A stretch of DNA of 63,750 bases, counting the filler, from Lenisia limosa (lineage: Eukaryota > Protista > Breviatea), in NCBI GenBank assembly GCA_001655205.1. It is 15 parts of 15 records of this genome, joined end to end, with 100 filler letters (N's around TTAATTAATTAA, not from the genome) between each part and the next. Parts side by side here need not be neighbours in the genome. Positions count along the whole stretch, not along the records: positions 35,203 to 38,241 come from LPNZ01004356.1; positions 38,342 to 39,849 come from LPNZ01003047.1; positions 39,950 to 53,892 come from LPNZ01011618.1; 12 more parts are not named here. One strand, 5' to 3'. The notes under the pieces are model-generated. The model searched no databases and was not told the origin of the DNA. It was given only the letters and a program-made list of their open reading frames with translations. The translations under genes were made by a program, and so were the position numbers. Shown here one piece after another: positions 36,215-48,929 of the stretch. Each line of letters begins with the position of its first letter. The first letter of the stretch is position 1.

Positions 36215-38221
36215 NTCTTTGGTCATTGGCCGGCTTGTGGACGTGGTATGCTGCGTGGATTGATGTGATGTGTTGATGATATGGTATGCTGATTTATAAC
36301 CATGTTTTTATGTGTCTCACATTCCAGGACCATGTTTTGGTGTCCTTTGGCGGTGAAACTGACGAAAGTAACGACGACAGAGTTTTGGTCGTCCATCCCA
36401 ACTTCGTCATTGAGTAAATAGGTTGTATAGGTCTTCAGGTTGTATATTAAATGTCTCTTTCCTTCTACAAACGGCAAAAGAGATCATCTTTATTTTCTGA
36501 AAAGTTTTTTTCAAAATAGCTCAATAGGAATCAGGTGGACTCACTTATTTGAGATTTCTAGCTTCTTACGAGGAACGAGGGGAGAGAGAAAATGCAATTA
36601 ACCCTGAACTCTATTGGCACGGGAAACACAAGAGGTTTCAAAACAACAACACCGGCCAGTCGCTTCTGCATCACCAGCGGGGAAAATTAGAAATAATAAA
36701 TTAATTACTACCATTGTTACTGTACAAGTATTACAAAAGAGAGCGAAATATGCGTTCAGAGTTCGTCCGAGTCTAGCTCACTCCCTGGATAGTAAGCAAA
36801 TTTCAGAGTTGTCCAAGAAATATTCTTCAATGGGGAACAAAAAAGGTATATATATTATTTATGATCATGTAAACACAAGAGTAACGGCAATTACAGTTTG
36901 AATCACTTAAATCAAATGAACGGTGTATTGCTGACATTTCCTTGTCATCATCATTTTTATGAAGAGAAAAAACATAAACATCATCCACAAACGTGAATGG
37001 AACGCCGTCATTTCGGAGTATTGTGAGGCCTTCTGGAGATCATCCAAACTATCCTAGAGGAGTAAAATTGGACAATTTAAGAATAAAATAATAATAAATA
37101 ATAATAATAAAAAAGACCCAAAATTAACTATACTGGCTAGAAACACACGAGGATTAAAAAACATAATTAGCAAAATAACAAAAACAAAGCCTAGGCCAGT
37201 CGCTTCTGCAGCGCCGCCCTATGACTCCAGCGGAATAAAGGAGGGGAGGGCAGAGTAGAGATGAGAAATACCAAGATAGTAATCAGGCAGAAGCAATGGG
37301 GGAATAGACATTTAAAACTATCAATTTCTGGAGGGGGCTATTAGTCATAAAATAGAATCCTCATAGTAACTGGTTTGTGAATGTCCTCCCCTCCCTCCCT
37401 CAAGGGAGAATTTCAATTTCCCCTCTTAGGTTACTAAATTTCAATTTCATCCCATCAACTCTCCTGTCCAGCAAACATTGGGTCGGACAAGTTCCAAGGC
37501 AATAGCCACGACAGCCACGACGACATTGGCGGCGAGGGCTGCTATCACCACCGCCGTCAGAATGGGCGTTTGGACTGGAGGGTGAGTAAAGTGAACTGAA
37601 CTGAACTGAATGAGATTGGAGGGTTAATAAAGTGAAGGGAGGCAAAATAACATGATACTTGAAGGAAATGAACAAATATTTTGAAGGAAATAAATTATTG
37701 TCAAGGGAAGTGAATAAATACTCTGGGGGGAAAGCGAAATGAGCTAAACTGAGATTGGGATTGAAGGAATAGGACAATTATTATGATGAGAGGGCAAAGG
37801 GAAATAAACCGATAAGATGAATGAACTGAACTGAAATGAATTTATAGAGATTCACTTTCGGTTCCGAAAAAAGACTGAATTTAATAAATCCTTTATAAAT
37901 ATCAATATTGTCAGTCTTATAGAATTGAAAGAGCTCAAGAAATATTAACCGATTTTGTGAAGGAAAATAAACAGAAAATATGTCGGGAAATGATAATAAA
38001 TTGATATTTTTTTAAAAAATAAACTGTAAACATGAACGAACTGAACTGAATGGAAATAAAAAATTGATAATTTGAAGCGAAACAATACGAACCTGGGGAG
38101 TCTTCAGCGCTGAAAAAGAGCATGCCACAAATGAGGGTAATCACTGAGGTAACCAGGCCGAATGCTTCCAGGAAATTCAGGTGGTAGGCTGAATAGGGCT
38201 GGTACCAGGCTTGTAAGATGA
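36215..38221 (-). CDS. C-terminal region of a multi-pass membrane protein
   Basis: VVLEVVLILQAWYQPYSAYHLNFLEAFGLVTSVITLICGMLFFS and AVVIAALAANVVVAVVAIALELVRPN hydrophobic exons, then soluble exons. Confidence 0.45.
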
Positions 38222-38687
38222 GCACCACTTCTAACACCACCNNNNNNNNNNNNNNNNNNNNNNNNNNNNNNNNNNNNNNNNNNNNTTAATTAATTAANNN
38301 NNNNNNNNNNNNNNNNNNNNNNNNNNNNNNNNNNNNNNNNNGGTGCGCCTATTGATAAACCGTTCACCGCTTCTCCCGTTGATATTACGGCCCAATTCCG
38401 GTTGGAGGGATGAGTATTTGGTGGAGGTTTATTACGGGAAATGGTGGGACTGCTTGTTTGTGTATATACATGTGCACTGACCTCGATAAGTCCTGACCCA
38501 GATATTGATCTTTATCTTTGTCAATCGTGTCAGGACTCATCGCGGTCACTGTATACTCCTCTTAGTTTTTGATCCCTTGTGGGGATAATATATGAAATAC
38601 TTAGAAATGAAATGCATACGAATATGACAACATGCAATGAAACACTATTTGATATGACATGAATATGCTCTCTTTGTCACAATTCAG

Positions 38688-39780
38688 ATTTTGCGTGGGC
38701 GAAGACGAGGCCATCACAAACATTACTACAGTCGAAAATAACGCCTTTCTTTTCTATGGAGGTTTGCTTTGTGGTTTTATTTTTTGTTTGGGGAAGGGTT
38801 GGCGAGTGTACCTTTTTATTCTCTGGACGTTTGCTTTTTATTTGTCTTATTATTGACAAGGGGCAACGTGTCACGGAAAAGTGACAATATTATTGTGCAA
38901 TATATTACAATCTATAATTAGATCGATACTAAGATCATTCCAAGATCGTACCCAGATCGGATCGGACCCGGCAAGATCGTTATCGATAAAAAACATCGGT
39001 TCAATATCGGTTTTGTCATATTGATAAGATTACTCAATGTTTTTTAAGATCGGGGTCAAGATCTCTGCTAAGATCCGAGTGATATTTATGGAGATCGGAG
39101 ATCGTCACTTAATCGTGGATATTTCTAAGGATATTTCCAACATTAACTGTCTCAGATTGCTTGTGAATTAATAGTAGACTATAATCCAATATCTCCGTGG
39201 TAGTGTGGACAGCTTCGGCCAGTTACAACCTTGATTGCTAACAATCACAGATTGCCTGGCCAATAGTCTGTACATTCTGGCTGCTGAGTCAGGACTTCTG
39301 GGAGACTGCAGGTGGGGAGAGGGAGGGGGGGGGGGGGNNNNNNNNNNNNNNNNNNNNNNNNNNNNNNNNNNNNNNNNNNNNNNNNNNNNNNNNNNNNNNN
39401 NNNNNNNNNNNNNNNNNNNNNNNNNNNNNNNNNNNNNNNNNNNNNNNNNNNNNNNNNNNNNNNNNNNNNNNNNNNNNNNNNNNNNNNNNNGTGATGTGAA
39501 GGAAAACACTGTCGACTCAGTATACGACGCTCCCAAGGCAAAAAAACTCGTGTAGGGGAGGGAGGTGTGGTTTGCTTGTGCAGAATTTCACTAAGGTAAA
39601 ACACCTCAGTTTGGGGGTCGCTGAGCCAATATACTCTCCTCCAAATTTCAGAAAAACAAAAGCACTGGCAAGGAATATTTTCAGGTGGCTTTGAACCTTG
39701 TTAGTAAAAAGTGAAATTCTGATGGTTTGGTCAACTTTTGCCCATTTTTGACGTAAATCTCTTCTTTTTTTTTGCCTAAG
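38688..39780 (+). CDS. Unknown gene fragment
   Basis: Exons FCVGEDEAITNITTVENNAFLFYG, DCLANSLYILAAESGLLGDC, DVKENTVDSVYDAPKAKKL, VWGSLSQYTLLQISEKQKHWQGIFS. Confidence 0.3.
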
Positions 39781-39949
39781 TCAGAAGATCGCCCAGTCGC
39801 TAAGTCAAATTACCCACCGCCACCATCCCCCAATAGTTTTAGCGTTACTNNNNNNNNNNNNNNNNNNNNNNNNNNNNNNNNNNNNNNNNNNNNTTAATTA
39901 ATTAANNNNNNNNNNNNNNNNNNNNNNNNNNNNNNNNNNNNNNNNNNNN

Positions 39950-42900
39950 CAGCCATCCTCCATCACAATAGCAGCGATGGCCTCGACCGGGCCGGGTGTG
40001 ACTGCGCTGTGTACGAGGTCGACAAGTGTGGCGCCGGCGTGCTGTGTTGTAAATAGAGGTCTTTTGCTGATCAAACTCAAATATTCCTGTTTCGGAACAT
40101 CATAAACCTTAGATTGTGTCTTTTGTCAATAGAGGGGAATGCGGACACAGCTTCACTTAGTTGAAATAAGTCTAGTGCAATTCGATATCATACAATTTGG
40201 GATCAATCGACATTCGGTTATACCTTTGTGACACCTTACACAAGCCAATGTAACTGTCATTAACCACATATACCTCGTTGCTGCCTTCGCTCCATCGTGA
40301 TATCAAGGATTTGGCCCTTCGCACGGCTGAGAAATGTGTGAAATAGTGAGAGGGCAACTGGTAATAACCATATACAGCGTCGTTGATACCAAAAGGACCA
40401 CAGTTATCATTATGAGAGGAAGACAATCGATAACCCACCACCTTATCGATTTTGGCATCCTATTATATTACACCCCCCCCCCCATACCAGTNNNNNNNNN
40501 NNNNNNNNNNNNNNNNNNNNNNNNNNNNNNNNNNNNNNNNNNNNNNNNNNNNNNNNNNNNNNNNNNNNNNNNNNNNNNNNNNNNNNNNNNNNNNNNNNNN
40601 NNNNNNCAGCCACGTGCACGCCGACAACGCTGCCATCAGGACGCTGGACCAGCACCCGGCACGTGGATGTGGTCTAGGGGTGAGGAGAGAAATAGATGGA
40701 TTATACCTGGTCAGCCGGCGCAGTTCGGATGATCTTGCTTCCGACACCAACGTTGATTCCGAAGAGACGCGTACCGGAGGGCAGCTTCCATCCGAAGAGG
40801 GCCCCGCGTCTTGCTGGGGGGGGGGAGTCGAATTGGAAAATTTATGACACAAAAAAAAAACCCCGAGTCAACTCTGTTGGCTGACAATACACAAGAGTTG
40901 ATAANNNNNNNNNNNNNNNNNNNNNNNNNNNNNNNNNNNNNNNNNNNNNNNNNNNNNNNNNNNNNNNNNNNNNNNNNNNNNNNNNNNNNNNNNNNNNNNN
41001 NNNNNNNNNNNNNNNNNNNNNNNNNNNNNNNNNNCAGAACACAATACGTATATAAAACTATCAATTGTCATCGTTGAAGGGCACAGAGGAATAAACAATC
41101 AAAAAGCAATATGGAGAGCGGCTGGGAGTAGTATGGATATAGTATCATCTTGATATTGTAAAAAAACCCCCCACCTTAACTTAAAAAAAGAAAACAACAC
41201 ATGTTGAGAAATAGTATATGATATATAACAAGTATTCTCACGTGCAAGTGCTACAGCAATGGAAACAGGGCTGTCTTTAGGGGTTCGTTGGACCTAAAAC
41301 GTCAGTATACCCTAAATACCCAAAAGTAAGAAGAATTACTCTGATTGACTTCAATCAATCATCCATCAAACCCAGGCCAGCACACCTGTACCATGGCAAT
41401 TGAGGCGTCTCTAAGGCCCTTCCAAAGATGGATAATAGTCCAGGTTGCCACATCAACACACGCCACTCGACCTAAGCTGTCCGCCCATAAGAGATACCGA
41501 GAATGCGGGTCCCTCTCCAAGTCTGTAATAGATCTGAGGGGGTAAGAGACGACTGATCTCAAAGTCAAAGCTGATTGTTTTGATTTGGATATAAAAAAAG
41601 CCCCAAAAATAACAACGGAATACCGGGATTATCTCCAATTTCGTAATAACTCTTTACACTCGTGCCTACCTGCCAGAATCAAGCCACTTGAGTCGGGCAG
41701 ACACGGCCTGGCCCGCCGGCACCTTTTCTTCCTCTAAAGGCAAGTCATTATTAGTCAAAAGAACATCGTATTTGCCTTCCCGTCTGCTGCAATAGCTAGC
41801 CATCGTAGGCCTTTCACCATCTTCTTTTCTCACCTTGTTTGTCAGGGTTGCTTCCGCGGAGCCATGAAGAAGAAAAGACCGAAGCAACCTGAGGAAGTCA
41901 GACATTGGTCAACCATAGGATTGGCCCAGTCTCCCAGGCAGCCTCCTACCGCGGTTGTGAGTTTTCGCGCCACCGTAGACGCCAACCTCGCTAATATTGG
42001 AGGGTCTTCCTGGAGATAGTAAACATAAAGAAAAGATAAGCTTGTTTTCTTGTCCAAATCGGGACCCCCCCCCCCNNNNNNNNNNNNNNNNNNNNNNNNN
42101 NNNNNNNNNNNNNNNNNNNNNNNNNNNNNNNNNNNNNNNNNNNNNNNNNNNNNNNNNNNNCAGCCACCAGTTGTGTTGAGTGCCGGCCCGTGCTGAGGTG
42201 AAACGACGACCACGGCCGGCCTGGGGCATTATGAGAATGGGCACAAAGGGAACAACAGCAACAAACAATCAACTATGTTGGATCAACATTTAAGTGGGTA
42301 ATGGGAGGGAATATATATTATGTATCAATTACGTATAGAGTTAACCGATTCCCAAAAAAATTTGAAAATAGAAAAATTCCTAATACCAATTCCTAAATTC
42401 CAACTCTGTAATTTTCAATTATACTTTCGATTCCAGAAAGCAGTTGTCAGTCCCCCCCACCCCCAACCAAAAACAGCAACAGCATGAACATTTTTCTGAC
42501 CTGTCATTTCCCACTAAACAATTACAGAAAACCCAGAAGCTAGAAAAGATCTGGTCTAAGGATGGTTAGTGATCAAAAGTAGAATTCAGTTCGCATTGCA
42601 AAGAAAGTGAGACTATTCCAGAAGAGGCAAGTCCGTTACCCACTTTATGGAAGAGGAAGTCTTGATTCGACGCCCCGTCAAGGAAGGAAAGCACTGCCGT
42701 CTTTGAGGTTGAGGAAAACAATAATTAGTTTGTAGTTTCATACAATGAAATTGAGATACGCTAGACTAATTATCAACGGTACAGCTTTTCAGCGATGAAG
42801 CCGTTTGTAAATTCCATAGAATCAAAAACTCACACGTCACCATGCCTAAGGACTTTACTGAACAATCCTCGAGAAATATATCATATATAATAGTAGATAT

Positions 42901-43829
42901 AATATACCCTGAGACCCAAGGTCACCGTCACCCACTTGAAGTGCCTTTTTGTCAAGCATAGCTACAATGCTGTTTTCAAAGAGAACAAGAACATCGTCCA
43001 ATACGAGCAGCCCCCTGGGACATCAATACATCAGAAAGCAACTTTAATTGGACGAAAAAACGGCGGAAGAAAAGATGAAAGTGGCCATAATCCCAACATT
43101 GAATAGGAGTAACGAGCGGAGAACGAAATAGCGGCTTTGTCATGGAGCCTCTGTCTGGTAATCTCCATGCCATCCTGCGTTGTCAGAATACAGGGTTGTC
43201 AGAATACAGGGAGCTGATGGGTTACATAGTTGTCAGAATACAGGGAGCTGATGGGTTACATAGTAGAGTTTCTATCAAAAAAAAAAAAAAAAAAAANNNN
43301 NNNNNNNNNNNNNNNNNNNNNNNNNNNNNNNNNNNNNNNNNNNNNNNNNNNNNNNNNNNNNNNNNNNNNNNNNNNNNNNNNNNNNNNNNNNNNNNNNNAA
43401 CCTGTGTAAGGAGAATAAGGTAGCCCTTGGATGTTGCCAATGCAATGACAAGTCCATTGGTATGTACTGTTGACAGGCCTCCAAGGAGAACCGCTGCTGT
43501 CAACTTCTCACTAAAGTGTCAAGCCACAAGACATGTAACAAGCATTAATGAGTAAAAGAATCATAAAAAGTTGAACGACCCAAATGCTTAATATTTGCTC
43601 ATGTTTTCATAATAAAACGCCTGTAATCATACTCTGGCCTCAGTGTTGGGGAAAATCGATGGGCACTTCCAGCTGTCAAAAGGGGATCACCTCTTCGAAT
43701 GTAACTAAGGAGAACATCTTGTTCGGTGACTGTGAGTACAAGATTGGCATTTTTGGATAAAACTGAGCTCAAGCGAGAGTCAGCAACGACAGGAAGCCCT
43801 ACTGCGAAGTCTTCCACAAAAGAAATCAT
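39950..43829 (-). CDS. RAB3GAP2: Rab3 GTPase-activating protein non-catalytic subunit-like (3' truncated)
   Basis: YLLWADSLGRVACVDVATWTIIHLWKGLRDASIAMV matches the RAB3GAP2 hallmark (D.FGRV.LLD....IAIRMWKGYRDAQIGW); also LVIALATSKGYLILLTQ, QRLHDKAAISFSARY, VLVLFENSIVAMLD, CRVLVQRPDGSVVGVHV in the expected order. Confidence 0.8.
43170..43262. repeat. Short intronic tandem repeat
   Basis: GTTGTCAGAATACAGGGAGCTGATGGGTTACATA repeated 2-3 times. Confidence 0.75.
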
Positions 43830-44204
43830 AACTTGACAAGCTCAGAGGATGTCTTTTACTCAGCTTTTATTTACTCTTCTTCTCATTCATACTTGCAATG
43901 TTGCGTCAAAATCAAAACTTCCTCTTCAACATACGATCTTCAGTTTCTCAGTATATTACCATTTATATCCCACTATATAATACACTAAAATATTAATTAT
44001 TTAGTATTAAGGTGATATTGACATATTTCGTTTAAATAGCACCGTTTCACCGAAGAATAACGGTTTTGTCGACATTGTTTGGTTTTGGCGCTTTTTTGGC
44101 TTTGCAAGTCTCATTATTTACAGAGGTACTATTTAACAACGAATTATCTTATTATATAATTATATATTCACGAATCACATTTTATTACAGTAATTGAAGC
44201 CAAA

Positions 44205-47200
44205 ATGTCGCAAATAGACGAGACTCCGGGGTTTGCCGCCTGGACAGAGAAAACCTCTAGTCCCCATCTCCTTCATTTGAAGTCAACTAACGAAAAGAAG
44301 TGGGAAAAGCAAGTTAAGGTGAGAGGAATATTGTTGACTCCCAATTTCCCCCATAATAAGGCTCTTCTTTGGCTTTCTAATCTAGAATTAGTGAGACCTT
44401 CTCATATAGAACCATAATATTGCACAAAACATCTTACCCCAGCGCCCTCCTTCTGACCTCATGCACTGTAGTGGATGACCAAGCGATGGAACAGACTGCT
44501 GAAGTACCAAAAGCGCCCCTCCATATTCGTAAGCGTGGCACTAAATAGAATGCGATGCTCAAGGGTAATCATGGGAGCACTTGGGTACGCTCCTCACTTC
44601 AGATCATTTATATCGCCGCCCCCTCGGATGCAACCGACATTCTCGGATCCACATTTTTGGGAGCTATAAAACCCCTCAAAAATGGACAGGTGTTTACTGA
44701 AATCTTATATTTTTTAGATTGAGAGATTGAACTCTTTATTATGGCTCAGCACAACAGTCCTGTATTATCCTTTATCCGATATGTTTCAGCCAAGTTCACC
44801 TTTTAGGGCCACAAGCTGACATGGGGCGAGATCATTCTGTTCTTCCCCATTTTCCTCATCAACATCCACGCCATTTACACCGCTGTCACGTCGTGGATGG
44901 ATTACAATACCGACAGACTCACAGAGGACATTCCAGTGGGAGGGGAGAATCTTTCTTCAGTTGTATTGTCAGCGGCTGGGGGGGGGGNNNNNNNNNNNNN
45001 NNNNNNNNNNNNNNNNNNNNNNNNNNNNNNNNNNNNNNNNNNNNNNNNCCCCAGACCAAGTTTATCGGAGCTTACGTCAATTTGCACTTTGCACTTCTTC
45101 TTTTTCCCGTGGCACGCGACTCTATTTGGCTGGTACACGGGGCGCCAAGGTTGTGATATGATCTGAATATGGTGGTAGCTTGTATTGTTCAACCAAAGTT
45201 GATGTAGAAAGGAGTGAAAAGAAATATTTGCCCTTCCACTTACTAACCCCCCAGAGCTACCTCAATGTCCCTTACGAAAGAGCCATTCGCTACCATAGAG
45301 GCTTTGGTGTTTTGGTTTGTGGATCAATTAGAATTCTGAGTGTTTCGTTATTCGAGTCTCTTTTGCAATATGTTTACGTTTAGACTGTCTGGCTTGTGCT
45401 TCTTCATGGTTCTGGATTCTTCCAAGTGTGGTACGAGACAGATGATTATGATGACGCCACTTCATGGGTTAACTTGTAGGGGGGCATACTTAATACATAT
45501 TAAAAAGACTTCTGGTCGAAATACATTTAGGAATTGTGAATAGTAACTTGTTATACTGAATGATTTTCAAGTTATGATTTCCTGTAGAACCGGCCTGATT
45601 TCCGCGGCAGCAGGAGTTCTTATTGTGTTCTTCTCCCTGGTCGGTAAGGGTTGAGTTATTATAAATTGTTTCCTCTATTTTACTTGATATTTTGTCATAA
45701 TATTGATGAAGATGACCACTATAGCCCTTTGTTCGTCGTCGCTTCTATGAGTTCTTCTACAAGATGCACATTCCACTGTTCGTCATTTTCTACGTCGTGG
45801 GAGTACTTCACATGTGGGCCTGGATGACAGGAATTGGTTACGGAATTGGGTGCCAACGGTGTTACTACTTTCATACCTTCATAGAACGCTCACGTGGATG
45901 TTTACATTCCTGCTCTCTTTCACCATTCAAGGCCTTCTGTCTTTGTGTTCACGTCTATTCCGATGATACTCTATGTCATTGACATCTTCGTAAGTGGAAG
46001 GGAGAGCATAACCGTTTTTATGGAATTTGATTGATTGTATTTGTGAATGTGAATGTGGGTACGGCTTTGGCCTCCTGATTCCATTACTAAAGCTCTCTCC
46101 ATCTTCAGAAATGATCCCGTTTACAGCTGCCATACTTTGGATTACTTTTAATTGACATCACAGGCGCGCCGTCGTGCAATAAAAAAGCAGTCCAAAATTG
46201 TGTCAATGCGTCAAGTCAAGGATCTTGTCAGGTACGAGGGGGCTTCTCCCGGACCGGAATGGCTTAATCCTGTACTGAAAGGATTTTTCCACATAATTCC
46301 AGTACTAACACAAAATCCGTAGTTTATAGATAATCATGAACGTGGGACACCAGTGTGGGGAAAAGAAAGTTCACATTTTAGGATTGAGTTTACCAAAGAA
46401 GACTTCATGTATGAATCCGGCCAATGGGTCAGGATCAAAATCGCTGAAGTTGCCAAAATGCAGTACCATCCTTTCAGGTTTGCTGTCCCCAAAATATAAT
46501 CAGCCTGGGCAAGTTTTAACTTATCACACAATCATCTTGTTACTTGATCTTAGATAAACTTTGCTAGGAATGAATTATACAACAGATATGATTCTTTGTA
46601 ATTTTACTTGGTGTAGTGTGTACACGTCCCCTGACGAAGAGAACGTGGTACTTTATATCAAGGCACTGGGTATGTTTTACATCTAGTGGGGTTTTATGAA
46701 TATAGAGAAAAATGATAGTTTAAACTGATAAAACGACCCATAAGTGATACGAATATGAAAGTAATCTCCTTTCTCTCAAACTATCAGGTAATTGGACCAA
46801 AAAGCTCTCAAATAAAATGTCGAAGTGGGAGTCAGGCCCAGCTAAAAATGGTAAGAGTGATCTAAACTTCACCAAAACTCTAATATCATCAATCCTCGTT
46901 TACCCCCCCTCCCCCAGACACAGGTTCTGCCGCTACCGAGATGGAAGTTGTGGATGGCAACAAGCCAGCAACTCTCAAGGCCATAACCCCGCCTGATGAA
47001 ACGGAATCGTGGGGGGTGCTTTAGGGGATATGATTAACACCTATTTATTGCATCCTCTCTCACATGCTGTTCTTTGTTATGTCTTGGGTCAGTTTTTGGT
47101 AATTCTGAGAAAGTTCCAATACATTGAACTATATACCACTATGCTGAGCCATTTACCAAATCATATGATATGTTATGTGTACCGGTTTCACTCAGCAGCC

Positions 47201-48503
47201 CGTCCGTTCCCTCTGCAGATCCAGAATCGTCTTCGCCATGGCCAGCGGTATGGCAATTGGGAACAAATAAAGACACCATCCTTTTTCTTTGACAACTGTT
47301 GATAAGATTTCTACCCGATTAGGAATGCCTATTGCTGTCTATTCATTCATTGATAATATGACTGCTTTAGATCAAAATTGAAGGTCCTTATGGTTCTCTC
47401 AGTGTTCCACTTTACCGATACAAACGCATCATTCTCTTTGCTGGTGGAATTGGTGGGTACTCTGGAAAAACTAATCCTTTTCTGTAATGTGAAGAATTGA
47501 CAATTAGAGTTGAGGGAATGTGTTTTAGATATCATATCCTTTTTAAAGAAATTGGGACAGTGTATTTCCTCTTGGTCACGCAATAACGTCACCCTCAGGT
47601 GTTGTCCCCATGAGGTCCATTTTCAACGGCCTTATTGATGACTCTCGCAGAGGTCGCGAACTGACCAATGTAACCATTGTGTGGACGGTGAGAGGGTGTC
47701 GATGTTCTCTGAGGTCAATTCATCTGAAATTGAATGCTATCGGTTCCTGTGTTGTGACTTGTGTCACTATTTATCATATGGCATTTTCTGCCATTCTCTG
47801 ACATAGTAGGTGCGTGATGTTGACTATATCACTGAACTATTCCCTTCGGAGCAGCTTCCCCCGGTATGTGAGGAATAAGATTGTCGTCATGTGGTTTGGG
47901 TCACCTGTGGTAATCGATTTAGTCCGAGGCATTCCACCCCCGTTTCCACCTGACCAAGGGGGACTTGCCCTCTTTGGAGTACCCCGAAGGAGTCGTAAAG
48001 TCTGGCCGCCCGGACACTAAACGTTTGTGGCATTTCGGAATATGTTTTCGTGTTACTCATTTGATATCAGCCTAAAACTCAAAATGTTTACAATGCAGAG
48101 GCGCTGCTTGATATGGCTGAAGGTGCTGAGACTGGTGAACGAATTGCCGTTCTTGTCTGCGGTCCTAAGAAACTGGTGGGAGTTGGAGTTGAACGACTAT
48201 AAAGGGGCAGTTGTTGTTTTTTCAATGAAAATGAGTGAGTTCAGCTTAACTCAGGCGAACAGTGCTATAAGGTCAAGGATTAATGAATATTCCGCGATAT
48301 TAGACGGCTTCGGCCATACACCACCTTGTTTTATTTCACAGCTTAAGTCTAACTATTGTGCCATCTTCTCAATCTTGAATGCTATTGATCCACCCCCATT
48401 CACTTCAACCCTCACCACTCAGGTAACGTCAACAATGAGATTGTCGGCAAAATTGGCAGGTAGAATTAAGTACGACTACCACAGAGAGGTTTTTGATTTT
48501 TAA
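44205..48503 (+). CDS. Ferric-chelate reductase / NADPH oxidase family flavocytochrome (FRE/FRO-like)
   Basis: LLLFPVARDSIW, VPYERAIRYHR, VRRRFYEFFYKMHIPLF..GVLH (heme His), ESGQWVRIKI...QYHPFS (FAD), IEGPYG...LFAGGIGVVP (NADPH), VLVCGPKKL, C-terminal YHREVFDF* (TAA 48501-48503). Confidence 0.9.
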
Positions 48504-48929
48504 ATTGGGTTTTTTTGTTGTCTTTTTTGATGGTGTTTTTAAGGTCTTTATATGATATAGCTATGTGATGTTTTGAGAAACTGATTTGGACGTACCTGAA
48601 AACAAGAATATGAAATGAATTATACAACAGAAGCCCCAGCCATGAGTGACTTGGAGCTTCATACCATAGAACCCCCACGAATAAATAAAAACACACTCCG
48701 ATCTACTCTCTTTTTCTCTTTCTCTCGTCATGGTGGCGTAGAGACGGCAGGGCTGAGGAAGAAAAAATAAGGTCAATATACAAATAGTTCTCTTTTTATG
48801 CACTCTCCCAACACATATTACCCCCCCCCCCCTCNNNNNNNNNNNNNNNNNNNNNNNNNNNNNNNNNNNNNNNNNNNNNNNNNNNNNNNNNNNNNNNNNN
48901 NNNNNNNNNNNNNNNNNNNNNNNNNGGCC

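Noticed and set aside
46994-47012. CTGATGA..GAAA hammerhead-like core
   Set aside because: Lies within a ferric reductase coding exon (PPDETES), and the required stems are absent.
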